A stretch of 54,793 nt of DNA from a virus (IMGVR_UViG_3300046373_000093:1-54793); one strand, 5' to 3'. Shown: positions 27,395-36,814, numbered from the stretch's first letter. The notes: generated by a model from the sequence alone, not told the origin. Translations and numbers: made by a program.

Positions 27395-28588
27395 TTAGGC
27401 GGCGGCCAGCGAGCCGGTGACGAAGGCTTCCGGGCGATACACAGCCAGGCCCGCGCGCTCTTCGGCGCGGATGGTGCACATACCTTTTTCGAAGTCGTCC
27501 ACGTTCTCGGTCGACAGCAACACTTCGATTTCCTGGCGGTCGAAGATCTGCGCACCCAGGTTGAAGGCGCCGGTCAGGAAGGTGCCGGCAGCGATGGCCT
27601 GGGTTTCAGCCACTGGCAGACCCCACAGGCGCGGGGTGCCGCCATTGATCGGTGATCCGATGATGTAGTTGCCCTGGCTGTTCTTGGTCAACTCGATGCC
27701 GGTCCAGTCGATCGGGTTCAGCACGAAGCCCGAAGCGGCGTATTCGGCCAGGATCGCCTGCAGCATCGCCAGGCGCAGCTTGTCGATGCCGGTAGCGGCG
27801 GCGATGGTAATCGCGGGAGCGTACGCACTTGCCTGCGGCAGGATGCCCAGGACGTTGGTGCCAGTACCGTCGCCCGACAGGAACTGCAACTCTTCGCGGA
27901 AGGTCAGGCCATAGCGCGCACGGCCGTCGATGTAGCTCGCCAGGCCCTTGGCGTCATCCAGCAATTGGCGGGATGCCTTGAACATGTGCGAGATCGTGCG
28001 GATCGGCGCGGTTTTCAGGTCGAACTTCAGATCCGACTTCGCCGTGACGGCGCCCTCTGCGCGGGTGGCCGCGTTGTTGGTGAAGCCGGTCTCGCGCACG
28101 TACTCGATCGAGTTGGTGTCGGTCTGGCCGGGCATCAGCAAATCGCGGAGGACCATCTTGCGCTGCGGCGGGGCAATGATGCCCGGCTGACGGTCGCCGA
28201 CGACCAGCGAGTTCGACGAACTGGCGCCCGCGCCGACGGTTGCGGCGACGTTCAGCAGGTCCTTGCGCTCCATCTGGATGCGCATCGATTTTTGCGCAGA
28301 GCTGGACATGCCCTTGAATGCCTCGCTTTCCACGACGAGTTGGCCAGCGGTCTTGATTTCGGCAGCGGCGCCTTCGCCCGCGCGGCGGACAGCCTTCTGT
28401 TCCAGCTCAGCCATGCGCGCCGACAGCTCGCCGTGCTTGATCAGCAATTCGTCGACTTTTTCTTTCGACTCTTTGGCCATGTCGCCGGATTTCTTGGCTT
28501 CGTCCAGCGCTTTTTCGCCGGCCTCCTTCACCTGGTCTTTGATCTTGTCCAGGGCCTGCTTGACTTCGATTTCGGTTTGATCAGCCAT
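27395..28588 (-). CDS. Major capsid protein (HK97 fold)
   Basis: Coiled-coil delta domain; ASRQLLDDA, GDGTG, LWGLPV, RAEER motifs. Confidence 0.97.
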   Translation of the reverse strand: MADQTEIEVKQALDKIKDQVKEAGEKALDEAKKSGDMAKESKEKVDELLIKHGELSARMAELEQKAVRRAGEGAAAEIKTAGQLVVESEAFKGMSSSAQKSMRIQMERKDLLNVAATVGAGASSSNSLVVGDRQPGIIAPPQRKMVLRDLLMPGQTDTNSIEYVRETGFTNNAATRAEGAVTAKSDLKFDLKTAPIRTISHMFKASRQLLDDAKGLASYIDGRARYGLTFREELQFLSGDGTGTNVLGILPQASAYAPAITIAAATGIDKLRLAMLQAILAEYAASGFVLNPIDWTGIELTKNSQGNYIIGSPINGGTPRLWGLPVAETQAIAAGTFLTGAFNLGAQIFDRQEIEVLLSTENVDDFEKGMCTIRAEERAGLAVYRPEAFVTGSLAAA

Positions 28589-28652
28589 TTACTGCTCCAT
28601 AAAATGAAAAACCCGCCATGTGGCGGGCCGGTGTAGGTCGAATGACGGGGTG

Positions 28653-29336
28653 TTACTGCAGGCTGAAGTCGCTCAGGATCTTCAGCGTATCGCTGGTTTC
28701 GCCATCGGCCTCGCGCCGATCAAGCAGTTTGCGCAGGCCGTTACCAGCGATGGCCTTGGCCTGCGTGTTGGAGAACCCTGCCTCACACAGGAAGCTCTCG
28801 AATTCGGGAAGTGTCGGCAGCGCCCCCGACTTCAGGGTGCGCCCCATCGACTTGACGCTGTCGACGGTGGCCTCTTCGTTCATTGGAAACGTAACCGGGC
28901 TGATTTCGACCAGTTCGAGCTCGATGAGCGTGCGCACGCCGGTTTTCTCGTTCCAGCTGTCCTTGAGGACGTAGTAGCCAATCGAGAGGCCCTTGACGAC
29001 GCGGCGCTTCATCAGCGCATAAATCTCGGATGCGCGCGCCACCTCGTCCTTCAGAAGGAACCCCTCGCATTTCAGTCCATGGTCATCCTCCTCGAGTACA
29101 TCGAAGCCGCCAATGGGATCGCGCGAGCTATGGGACCACAGGGCCGGCAGCGGGTCGCCGGATTCCTTGATCCGCTTGATGCTGGCTGCAAACGCCCCCT
29201 TCTGCACTACGTCGCCACCCCCGTCGACATTGCCGAACACGGAGCCGTAGCCAGCGAAACGACCATCTTCGGTCACATCGCCAGCCTTGAAGGCAAACTC
29301 TTTGCGCTCCAGTACCGCGCCACTTTTATGCTTCAT
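28653..29336 (-). CDS. HK97-family prohead protease
   Basis: FAGYGSVFGNVD, LWSH, GLSIGY, EISPVTFPMN. Confidence 0.95.
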   Translation of the reverse strand: MKHKSGAVLERKEFAFKAGDVTEDGRFAGYGSVFGNVDGGGDVVQKGAFAASIKRIKESGDPLPALWSHSSRDPIGGFDVLEEDDHGLKCEGFLLKDEVARASEIYALMKRRVVKGLSIGYYVLKDSWNEKTGVRTLIELELVEISPVTFPMNEEATVDSVKSMGRTLKSGALPTLPEFESFLCEAGFSNTQAKAIAGNGLRKLLDRREADGETSDTLKILSDFSLQ

Positions 29337-30636
29337 TCTTGCTTTCTCCGTCTTGTTTCAGGCCGAGCCAGTCGAGCACCGCGTTTTTCGCGGCCGTCGC
29401 GGTCGATGTGATCTTGCCCAGCATGGACAAGGGGATCATGTTGCTCTGCACCGTCAACTCGTCACCACCATCCATACGCGGCATGTTTTCGAGTTGCCGG
29501 ACCTCATTGCGCGTATAGATGCCGTTCTGCGTCATAGTTGCGTAGAACTGGGCGCGCGCAGCGCTGTCGGCACGCAGTAGCCCCTCGACACCGAACTGAG
29601 CGGAAAATCGCGTTTTCTCACCAGGCGCGATGATCGACTTGCGGATCGCGTGCTCGACCTTGGAGATAATCGGGCGCAGCGCAAAAGTCAGGAAGCCGAT
29701 CATCTGCTGCTCAATGCCGGTACCCCAGTTCGACACGGCACCGCCGTGGCCAACCATCGAGGGGGGCGTGCTAAACCAGCGGCAGATTTCCTCGACTGCA
29801 AATTGCCGACTCTCCAGCATCTGCGAATCGGATGGGTTCATGGACAACTGCGTGTAGTCCGTTCCGTTCTCTAGGACCATCGCAGTCCCGGCATCCGGTC
29901 CGCCGGCGGTGAACGCCTTGAGTCGGCCGCGGAGCGTTTCGCGCTGCTCCGAATTGAGCGTACCCTGCACCTTCAAGAAGCCGGCGGCGCGCATTCCGGT
30001 CGAATAGACTTTCGAGCTAGCATCGTTGGACGCGTGCGCATCGCCGAAGACTTTTGCGCCATACGCCATTGGCGTAAGGCCGTTGACGCCATCCAGGCTG
30101 AAGGCCGGGATGTTGACCATGTCATCTTCTGCGATCGGGCGGAGCGTGCCGTCCAGGTCGCGGTATTTGTACTCCATCGAGCCATCGGTCAAGCGCCGCT
30201 TCTGCATGCGCTGCGGCAGCAGGAAATTCAGCGCCACAACCCGCTTTCCGATACGCGCTTTCTCGATGTAAGCGTTCCCCCAGAGGAGCATGGAGGCGAT
30301 CACTGCTTCCCAGAACTGCGCCGCGGTCATGTCCGCGTTCGGCTGGTTGTGCAACAGCTCGTACAGCGGGTGGTCGGTCGCGGCGCGGCGCGAACCATCA
30401 GGCATTTTCTCGTAAAAGCCGAGCGGCAGCGTGGAGATGGTCTGCGAAATCAACCGCACACAGGCCCATACCGTGCTCAACTGGAGCGCCGAATCGACGG
30501 TCATCGCCTTGCCGCCGACACCAGCGCCGTTCCATGCAGCCCAAAAATCGCCATCCGTGAGCGAAATTGGCGCGCCGAGCCACTTCAGCACGGCAGATTT
30601 AACCCTGCCGGGGCGTTTTGTCTTGGTTTCGCTCAT
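29326..30636 (-). CDS. Portal protein (HK97 family)
   Basis: STVWACVRLIS, LLWGNAY, GIYTRNEVRQLEN. Confidence 0.96.
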   Translation of the reverse strand: MSETKTKRPGRVKSAVLKWLGAPISLTDGDFWAAWNGAGVGGKAMTVDSALQLSTVWACVRLISQTISTLPLGFYEKMPDGSRRAATDHPLYELLHNQPNADMTAAQFWEAVIASMLLWGNAYIEKARIGKRVVALNFLLPQRMQKRRLTDGSMEYKYRDLDGTLRPIAEDDMVNIPAFSLDGVNGLTPMAYGAKVFGDAHASNDASSKVYSTGMRAAGFLKVQGTLNSEQRETLRGRLKAFTAGGPDAGTAMVLENGTDYTQLSMNPSDSQMLESRQFAVEEICRWFSTPPSMVGHGGAVSNWGTGIEQQMIGFLTFALRPIISKVEHAIRKSIIAPGEKTRFSAQFGVEGLLRADSAARAQFYATMTQNGIYTRNEVRQLENMPRMDGGDELTVQSNMIPLSMLGKITSTATAAKNAVLDWLGLKQDGESKNEA

Positions 30637-30646
30637 TGATATCCTG

Positions 30647-32323
30647 TTATCCGACGACCATGTCGTCGATCCAGTCGTTGCTTCCCGGGGCAGCCGGATT
30701 CGTCGACATCAACTCGACAGCGTTGAACATCGCCATCAAGGGGTCGATCTTGGCCGAGCCAGAAATCTGCTTGGTGATGATCACGCCGTTACCGCGCGGC
30801 TCGACCTTGGCGTTGCCGACACACCAAGCCATGAGCGGCTGGTTGCTGTGGACGAAGACGCCCTCGGCCAGCTTTCGCTCGGCCGTCTTGATGGGACTCG
30901 TCAGTTGCCAGCCCTGCTTGATGCCGATGATTCTGTCCTCTGGGATGCCGGCCTGCAGCATCGCGTCGAGCATGCCACCGATGCCGCTTGGGTCGAGCCC
31001 CACCTTGAAGAGCAGGCCGGCTTCGTAGACCTTGGCGACGCTCTCGGCAAATTGGTCGACGTCGTCACCAATCCGCTCGACCAGAGTCAGATGTCCGTCT
31101 CTGGCGAAATCCAGGAGCCGCGGTGCGATTTCCTTGCGGCGCTCCAGTACTGATGGGTGCGCCCAAGCATGACCCCAGCCAAGCCAGCGGCGCGTTTCCT
31201 TGCATCGTCCGATTGCGTACTGCCCGAGCAAGTCGTCCAGTCCGCCGCCGTCGCCACCCATCGTGACAACTTCGGATCGCTCGATGAGTTCGTCTAGCGT
31301 GAACGTGAGCTCGAAAACGCCCTGCTGCTCCCAGAAATCCGCGCCGGCCCAGCGATCTGATCGCAGGTTCAGGCCGATTTCGACGTTCAGGTGCTTGGCC
31401 AGGAATTCCTTGAACTCCTTCTCGCCCGCCTCCTTCGCCTGACTGTGCAGCTGCGTGATGCGCTCGATGTCCACCGAGGCGCCCCAGTTCGGGTTGGTCA
31501 CGTAGGCATTATTCAGGTCCTCGTGCGCTTTCTCGTCGAGCATGGCGCGTGGGAACTCGTAAATCACCGGCAGGAACTTGCGGTCAGCCACCCTGCCGTC
31601 GCGCACCTTGCGTGCGTAGTCGAGCTTCGCCTTGAAGACGCCGGCCGGCGGCTCCGCAGACTGCGTTGTGGCGTAGATCACGAAGCCCTCGGGCCGCGAG
31701 GTCAGGCCGCCAGTCGCCTCCAACAGCATGTTGGAAGCCTTCGCCTGCTTGCCGAATTCGTGGAGCTCGTCGACGAAGACGAAGGACGCCTTCTTACCGG
31801 ACACGGTATCGCTGTCGGCAGCCACCACTTTTAGCGTGGCGCCGGTTGAGAGGTGGGTAATCGTGCGGAAGTAGTCCTGGACCTTGAGGATTTTCTTCAA
31901 CCCCGGATCCGCTGCGATCATGTCGCGAATCGGCTTGTAGCTGTTGTCCGCGATTTCCTTGGTCGGGCTGAGAATCAGCAACTCCGCCGACGGCCGCCAG
32001 TTCAAGATGAGCGCCGTCAGCATGATGCCGGCGGCGACCGTGCTCTTCGCATTCTTCTTGCTGACCATCAGGAAGAATTCGTTGATGTGGCGGCGGCCGT
32101 CCGGATCCTCGGCACCGAATACTGCTTCCACGAATTCGCGCAGCCAGGGCAGGGATGCATCGCGCACCAACGGCTGGCCGGCGACGTCCACCAGGCACAG
32201 TCCGCCGCAGATGTCCCAGGCCTCGGCCGCCATCTCCGGGTAAAGCGGCGGCAGTGCAATCAGCGACTGACGCGCCACAATCCGGCGCTCCCAATCTGGA
32301 CACGCCGTGGTGTGGCTCATCAC
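30647..32323 (-). CDS. terL: Terminase large subunit
   Basis: SKKNAKST Walker A, VDELH Walker B, KIDPLMA nuclease motif. Confidence 0.95.
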   Translation of the reverse strand: MMSHTTACPDWERRIVARQSLIALPPLYPEMAAEAWDICGGLCLVDVAGQPLVRDASLPWLREFVEAVFGAEDPDGRRHINEFFLMVSKKNAKSTVAAGIMLTALILNWRPSAELLILSPTKEIADNSYKPIRDMIAADPGLKKILKVQDYFRTITHLSTGATLKVVAADSDTVSGKKASFVFVDELHEFGKQAKASNMLLEATGGLTSRPEGFVIYATTQSAEPPAGVFKAKLDYARKVRDGRVADRKFLPVIYEFPRAMLDEKAHEDLNNAYVTNPNWGASVDIERITQLHSQAKEAGEKEFKEFLAKHLNVEIGLNLRSDRWAGADFWEQQGVFELTFTLDELIERSEVVTMGGDGGGLDDLLGQYAIGRCKETRRWLGWGHAWAHPSVLERRKEIAPRLLDFARDGHLTLVERIGDDVDQFAESVAKVYEAGLLFKVGLDPSGIGGMLDAMLQAGIPEDRIIGIKQGWQLTSPIKTAERKLAEGVFVHSNQPLMAWCVGNAKVEPRGNGVIITKQISGSAKIDPLMAMFNAVELMSTNPAAPGSNDWIDDMVVG

Positions 32324-32330
32324 TCAATCC

Positions 32331-32789
32331 TTAATGCTTGGTCGCGCCGCGCGGGCCCTTCCTTGTCGCATACCTGCCGCTGCCGGCCGCCTCAGCCGCC
32401 TCTTCCTCGACCTCTTGCTTTTTCGAGGTCTCACCAAGTCGCTTGTGCGTAAAGGGCAGCATGGCTGTCGCCGCCTTGACCTGGGTGATGTTGGCATCGA
32501 TCTCGCCGCTCATTACCCTCCGAAGGAACGCGAGCGGATCGGTGATGCCGTTGACCGCCACAGGCGGAGCCTCTGCCTTGGCTGATGCCTTACTGACCTT
32601 TGGCGCTGGCGCAGCCGCCGCAGCACGCTTTTTTTCGAGGTACGCGACAACGTCCGGGTCTTTAACAAGTCGCGACCCGGCCGGGCCGGCACTTGCCTCG
32701 CTGTATCCCGCTCGAATTGCCGCTTCTCTATTCGAGAAACCGGCTAAAACGGCATCGGCGAACTTCTGCTTTTTGCCTGTTAAAGCCAT
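32331..32789 (-). CDS. terS: Terminase small subunit
   Basis: LTGKKQKFA...AAIRAGYS HTH. Confidence 0.9.
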   Translation of the reverse strand: MALTGKKQKFADAVLAGFSNREAAIRAGYSEASAGPAGSRLVKDPDVVAYLEKKRAAAAAPAPKVSKASAKAEAPPVAVNGITDPLAFLRRVMSGEIDANITQVKAATAMLPFTHKRLGETSKKQEVEEEAAEAAGSGRYATRKGPRGATKH

Positions 32790-32794
32790 TAACA

Positions 32795-32945
32795 AAATCT
32801 CCAAAAGGGGGAATTTTTTGCGCGTGAGAGAACATGCGGTGTCGGTCGGGAAAAGTTGCTAGACTTCAACTACCCCTACCCAATGCCTAAAGGAAATGTT
32901 GCTTCGATTCAACCATCCGGCGCCAACCGATGCCTGACGGCAACC
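32795..32945. other. Probable cos packaging region
   Basis: Non-coding gap between HNH and terS, the usual cos position in HK97-like phages; exact cut site not determined. Confidence 0.5.
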
Positions 32946-33269
32946 CTATCCGCCGCGCGCCCGCTCTGCTGCCTCGCGGGCCGACTTCGCGTCGTGACAC
33001 GTGGTGCACAGGGTTTCTTTGTTGGAGTCGGCATCGCTGCCACCCTTCCAGAGCGGGATGATGTGGTCAACCGGGTAGCCGATGGTGACGCGGCCATCGC
33101 GCAAGCACTGCTGGCACAGGCCGTTGTCGCGTGCACGGATGCGCTGGCGGTCCTGCACACCAGCCCAGCCTCGCTTGCGCTGCACCGTGTCCGGGCGCAC
33201 TGGCGTAAGCGTGGCGAGCCGGTTGCCGGCCGCCTGCAGCCGTGGCTTGAGGGTTTGCAGCTTAGCCAT
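32946..33269 (-). CDS. HNH endonuclease (terminase-associated)
   Basis: CQQC...VDHIIPLWKGG...N...LCTTCH. Confidence 0.93.
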   Translation of the reverse strand: MAKLQTLKPRLQAAGNRLATLTPVRPDTVQRKRGWAGVQDRQRIRARDNGLCQQCLRDGRVTIGYPVDHIIPLWKGGSDADSNKETLCTTCHDAKSAREAAERARGG

Positions 33270-33272
33270 CTG

Positions 33273-33638
33273 TCAGTCCAACTGCACGTTCATGTAGCGG
33301 TAGATCTCTTCTGTCGTGACGTCGCACGGCAGGCGCCGCCGGATCCGTGCCATGTACTCGCGGTGCGCACGCTCAGTGCGCTCTCGCATCCAGGTGTCGA
33401 AGTGGATCGGCTCAGCCTCGGTCTCGGCCGCTGGCAGCGCGTCAGCTGTGACGATGTGCGTCAGGCGCATGCTGCGGTCCAGAATCATCACCTTCACCGA
33501 GTCGGGCAGCGATGCCACGCACAGCCGGTGGATCCACTCCCGTTGATCGGCTGTCAGGAAGTTCGCTTCGATGTGCACGACGATCGTATCGCCAGCCTTC
33601 GGGCGCAGCACTTCGACGTGAGATTGAATCTCGCTCAT
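33273..33638 (-). CDS. Hypothetical protein
   Basis: ORF in late-leader gene chain. Confidence 0.6.
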   Translation of the reverse strand: MSEIQSHVEVLRPKAGDTIVVHIEANFLTADQREWIHRLCVASLPDSVKVMILDRSMRLTHIVTADALPAAETEAEPIHFDTWMRERTERAHREYMARIRRRLPCDVTTEEIYRYMNVQLD

Positions 33639-33640
33639 GA

Positions 33641-33841
33641 TCAATCCAGGAATTCGCCGTTCGGGTTGGTGCGGCGAGCAGCCGCGCCGCCTGCCGTCTT
33701 GAGACAGTAGGTCGCACTGTGCTTGCTGCTGCCGCAGTAGGAGCAGCGCAGGTTCACGCGTGCGGAGCTGCCGCCCCACGTGCGCGGACATAGCGAGCGC
33801 GGATGGTCCTTGCCGCAGTAGGTGCAGTATTGATAACTCAT
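33641..33841 (-). CDS. Double CCHC zinc-knuckle protein
   Basis: CTYCGKDHPRSLC and CSYCGSSKHSATYC. Confidence 0.75.
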   Translation of the reverse strand: MSYQYCTYCGKDHPRSLCPRTWGGSSARVNLRCSYCGSSKHSATYCLKTAGGAAARRTNPNGEFLD

Positions 33842-33987
33842 GATCGACGCATCAGATGCAAGCGCCGCACATCACGGCGACGCTGGTGTTGCGATAGCAC
33901 CCAGGCCAGGGCGAAAGTGGCGGGCAGCACCGCTAGGTGCAGCGCGAGCAGCGGCCAGAAGGTCGCGATGAATGCTTCGAACTTCAT
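33838..33987 (-). CDS. 49-aa single-TM peptide
   Basis: MKFEAFIATFWPLLALHLAVLPATFALAWVL plus basic tail; fills the gap. Confidence 0.5.
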   Translation of the reverse strand: MKFEAFIATFWPLLALHLAVLPATFALAWVLSQHQRRRDVRRLHLMRRS

Positions 33988-34226
33988 GGCTCAACGCTCA
34001 GCGATACGGGCGGCATCGTGTGGCCGATTACCATCAGGGAGACGGCGGCGCCGGCATTCAGCGCAGCCAGTTCTTCAGTAGTCGGTCGCCAATACGAGAC
34101 AACGACCTGCATGCCCTCGCACTCGGTGCGCGTGATCGGCAACGCGCCGCAAGGCAGTTCCTTCTGATCCCAGCCTGCCGGCGCGCCGAGCACGCCGTTG
34201 TTGGATGGGTGCTGCATGCGGTTCAT
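33984..34226 (-). CDS. Conserved phage hypothetical protein
   Basis: LGAPAGWD...C..LP...S.W.PT.EEL..LNAG. Confidence 0.7.
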   Translation of the reverse strand: MNRMQHPSNNGVLGAPAGWDQKELPCGALPITRTECEGMQVVVSYWRPTTEELAALNAGAAVSLMVIGHTMPPVSLSVEP

Positions 34227-34546
34227 CGCCCACTCCAGACGTCATGCACTTCGCTCAGGTCGGGGTAGCTGTCTGCCATCTGCGGCACGGGCTTCGGGGC
34301 GGGCTTGCTGAACAGGCGACGCAACCGACCGTAGGCGTTGCCCGGCACGGTCGCCACCATCTCGGTGAACGACATGCCGCTACAGCCATAACCCAGTGCC
34401 CGGATGGCCTCTTGCACCGACTCGCTGTCAGCCAGGCGCTCGGCGATCTGGCGCAGGCGGGCTGGGTTATCGACCTTCAGTTCGCTGTAGCGCGGGCCCA
34501 GGACGGCGCGTAGGATCTCGGCGCGGTAGATGTCGGCGGTGCTCAT
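34223..34546 (-). CDS. Hypothetical protein
   Basis: ATGA-coupled ORF. Confidence 0.65.
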   Translation of the reverse strand: MSTADIYRAEILRAVLGPRYSELKVDNPARLRQIAERLADSESVQEAIRALGYGCSGMSFTEMVATVPGNAYGRLRRLFSKPAPKPVPQMADSYPDLSEVHDVWSGR

Positions 34547-34666
34547 GCTGCCCGCCGCATGCGGTCGATAACGCCGTCTTCCAACAGCACCTGCATCATG
34601 AAGCGCAGCCAGGTCAATTCCGATTCAACGCTCATGTGCATCGCGCACCTCTCAAATGATTGAAGA

Positions 34667-34873
34667 TCAGTCGACGGCAACGTTGCCGGCGCCAGGGTGC
34701 TCAAGCGTCCGCATCAGTTCGAACTGCAACTGACCAATGGCCCAGAGCATCCCAAGCGCAGCGACATCGCGGCACGAGCCACCGGCAGCATGGAAGCCCT
34801 CGACAGTGACCCAGCCCGCTTCAATGGTGACCTTGCCGAATTTGGTGAGAGCGGCTGGCTTTGCGTCGAGCAT
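34667..34873 (-). CDS. Hypothetical protein
   Basis: GAGG RBS. Confidence 0.55.
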   Translation of the reverse strand: MLDAKPAALTKFGKVTIEAGWVTVEGFHAAGGSCRDVAALGMLWAIGQLQFELMRTLEHPGAGNVAVD

Positions 34874-35160
34874 GTGCGCCTCAGGCCGGCGAGAGCTTCG
34901 TGATACCGAACAGCGCAGCGTGCAGCCAGTCCAGCGGCTTCGCCCACAGTGGGCAGTGCAGCTCCATGGCGCCGCCGATACCTTCGGCCGTGATCTCGGC
35001 CTTGACTGGGCGGGCGCGCATCCACCACTTCGATAGCAGCGGATGGACGCCTTGGGCGGTGTGCATTTCTTGCATGGCGAACCTCAAATAAAAAAGCCGC
35101 CGGCGCAGGGGATGCGGCAGGCGGCGAAGCTCCCGGATTTGCCGGAGAGCGGAGACAGGT

Positions 35161-35490
35161 TGTGGCGGCCGGTGCTGATCTCCGGCTTTGGGGAAGCAAT
35201 ATCAGGACGGGTAAAAGACTAAAGGCACCCTAATACCACAAGGTCATCAGCCTGACCATTCACCACACGACTGCTGACTGAGGCCGTTCCCAGCACTTTC
35301 GTAGCAGCCCGATTCAAACATCGGGACAATCAGCATCCGTGTGGTTTGTAGTGGGAGCGCCCAGGACTTAGACAAGGCAGACCCTGGGCCGCATATGTGC
35401 TCCCACCACACAAAGCCGCACTACCTCTCAAGTCCTATGCGGGTCCAGCGAAGCAGTCGCGGCTCTGTGTGGTCACCGGTTTGCCGGTGA
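35161..35490 (-). ncRNA. Structured RNA array in late-operon leader
   Basis: Four long stems bounded by CCACAC/GTGTGG and TGTGGTG/C(A/G)C(T/C)ACA; last unit is a cloverleaf with complementary loops. Confidence 0.6.
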
Positions 35491-35500
35491 GGCGGCAAAA

Positions 35501-35620
35501 TCAGAGGCGCCCGAAGATGTTACGCTTGTAGAAGCGGCGGACGGCTTTCGCGACGTCAGTTTTGCCAGCGGCGGTACGCTTGGCCTGGATGCGATCAGCT
35601 TGCTTTTTGGTCGTTACCAT
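35501..35620 (-). CDS. 39-aa highly basic peptide
   Basis: GGAG RBS; MVTTKKQADRIQAKRTAAGKTDVAKAVRRFYKRNIFGRL. Confidence 0.6.
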   Translation of the reverse strand: MVTTKKQADRIQAKRTAAGKTDVAKAVRRFYKRNIFGRL

Positions 35621-35707
35621 GCGATCTCCGGAAATAGAAAAGCCCGCTGACCTTTCGGGGCGGGCTCGGTGTGCTCCATGGCTATCTGCCAAGTGAGCCG
35701 TAAAACG

Positions 35708-35743
35708 CAAAAGCCCGAACGTTTGAGGGTTCGGGCTTTTTTT
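35708..35743. terminator. tR'-like bidirectional terminator
   Basis: AAAAGCCCGAAC...GTTCGGGCTTTT; a second hairpin at ~35638-35667. Confidence 0.75.
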
Positions 35744-35771
35744 TGGACGAGCGAAATCGCCCAGTGACTAA

Positions 35772-35800
35772 ATTCTACTCGAAATAAATCTTCGTTGCAA
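35772..35800 (-). promoter_or_regulatory. Late promoter pR'
   Basis: TTGCAA-17 bp-TAGAAT overlapping the end of the Q-like gene, followed by terminators. Confidence 0.75.
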
Positions 35801-36203
35801 CGTTATTTTTCAGCTTCAACTCAAGCCCGGCGCGCGCCGCCTCTAGTACGTCAACGTAGTTTGCATTTTGGAACCGCCAAGCTGTGGAGATTCCCTGGCT
35901 TCGATAGATAGCCCATCGATGCTGCATGGTTAGGCTATCAACCATAGCATTGACTGCTGCACCCATTTTCAGGTCAGCCGCACGCTGCTGCTCGTACACG
36001 TCAAGCTCATCAATTACCTCGCCGTTCAGCCTCATTCGACCGGCGCCGAGATCGCGATCATCGGTATTCATGTAGTCGACCCAGCACGCCATGAGGATGG
36101 CGTATGGGTCGGGCTTATCGAAAGCCGGCTGTGCGGCCTCCGCCTTGCGGACACGGCGTAGGGTCGGGGCAGTGGGCAATCCAGTCAGGGCAAAGGCGGG
36201 CAT
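35775..36203 (-). CDS. Q-like late antiterminator (putative)
   Basis: Last early gene before pR'/tR'; helical C-terminus. Confidence 0.65.
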   Translation of the reverse strand: MPAFALTGLPTAPTLRRVRKAEAAQPAFDKPDPYAILMACWVDYMNTDDRDLGAGRMRLNGEVIDELDVYEQQRAADLKMGAAVNAMVDSLTMQHRWAIYRSQGISTAWRFQNANYVDVLEAARAGLELKLKNNVATKIYFE

Positions 36204-36363
36204 GGCGGTCTCCGGTAAGTACGCGCGCAACTCTAGCATGCGCCTCGGAAATTATTGCCGTGCCCGAACTTTAATGAAAAGCAACATGTTGCTCGGCGGC
36301 GACGTTTCGTTACCTCTTCTATATAGTGCCGCGCAGGTCGGTGCGCGGCTTGCCGCCTGCCAG

Positions 36364-36765
36364 TTAGACCGTGTGCGTACCCTCGACACCCCGGCGCATC
36401 CGCTCAATGGTGCGCTGCTGGAGCCAGTGCTGCGCCTCTTCGATGTGCGTTAGGGCGCAGGCGTTGGCCTTGCAGGCGTAGGGGCCTTTCTGGAAGCTGC
36501 GCAGGCGGTCTGCGACGATGGCGAGTAGCACCTCGTGCGTGACGCCATTGACGCCACTTTCCGGGATCGGCCCGTTCTGGAACAGGATCGCGAGCGGGCC
36601 GTCGTAGCCGGCATCGGGTGCGCCGCCGCTCGATGGGTTCGTGCTCGCGTCAAAGCCAGTGATTTCGTAACGGTGATTCGCGCCACCAGCACCCTGCTCG
36701 TCGGTTACCGCGATGGTGATCGTGTCGTTCGCGGGATTGATTTTGTGATCTTCTATATAACGCAT
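36364..36765 (-). CDS. Tad1-like anti-defence sponge protein
   Basis: DEQGAGGANHRY...FQNGP...GV...LLAIVADRLRSFQKGPY.C.ANACALTHIEEA..WL..R...R..RGVEGT. Confidence 0.85.
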   Translation of the reverse strand: MRYIEDHKINPANDTITIAVTDEQGAGGANHRYEITGFDASTNPSSGGAPDAGYDGPLAILFQNGPIPESGVNGVTHEVLLAIVADRLRSFQKGPYACKANACALTHIEEAQHWLQQRTIERMRRGVEGTHTV

Positions 36766-36814
36766 ATTGCCCTTTCAATGTGCCGCGCAACTCGGGGCGC
36801 GACTACCCGTCGGC

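Noticed and set aside
35161-35490. Canonical tRNA cluster or CRISPR array
   Set aside because: No proper TTCRA T-loop and anticodon geometry, and no identical direct repeats; reported instead as structured RNA.
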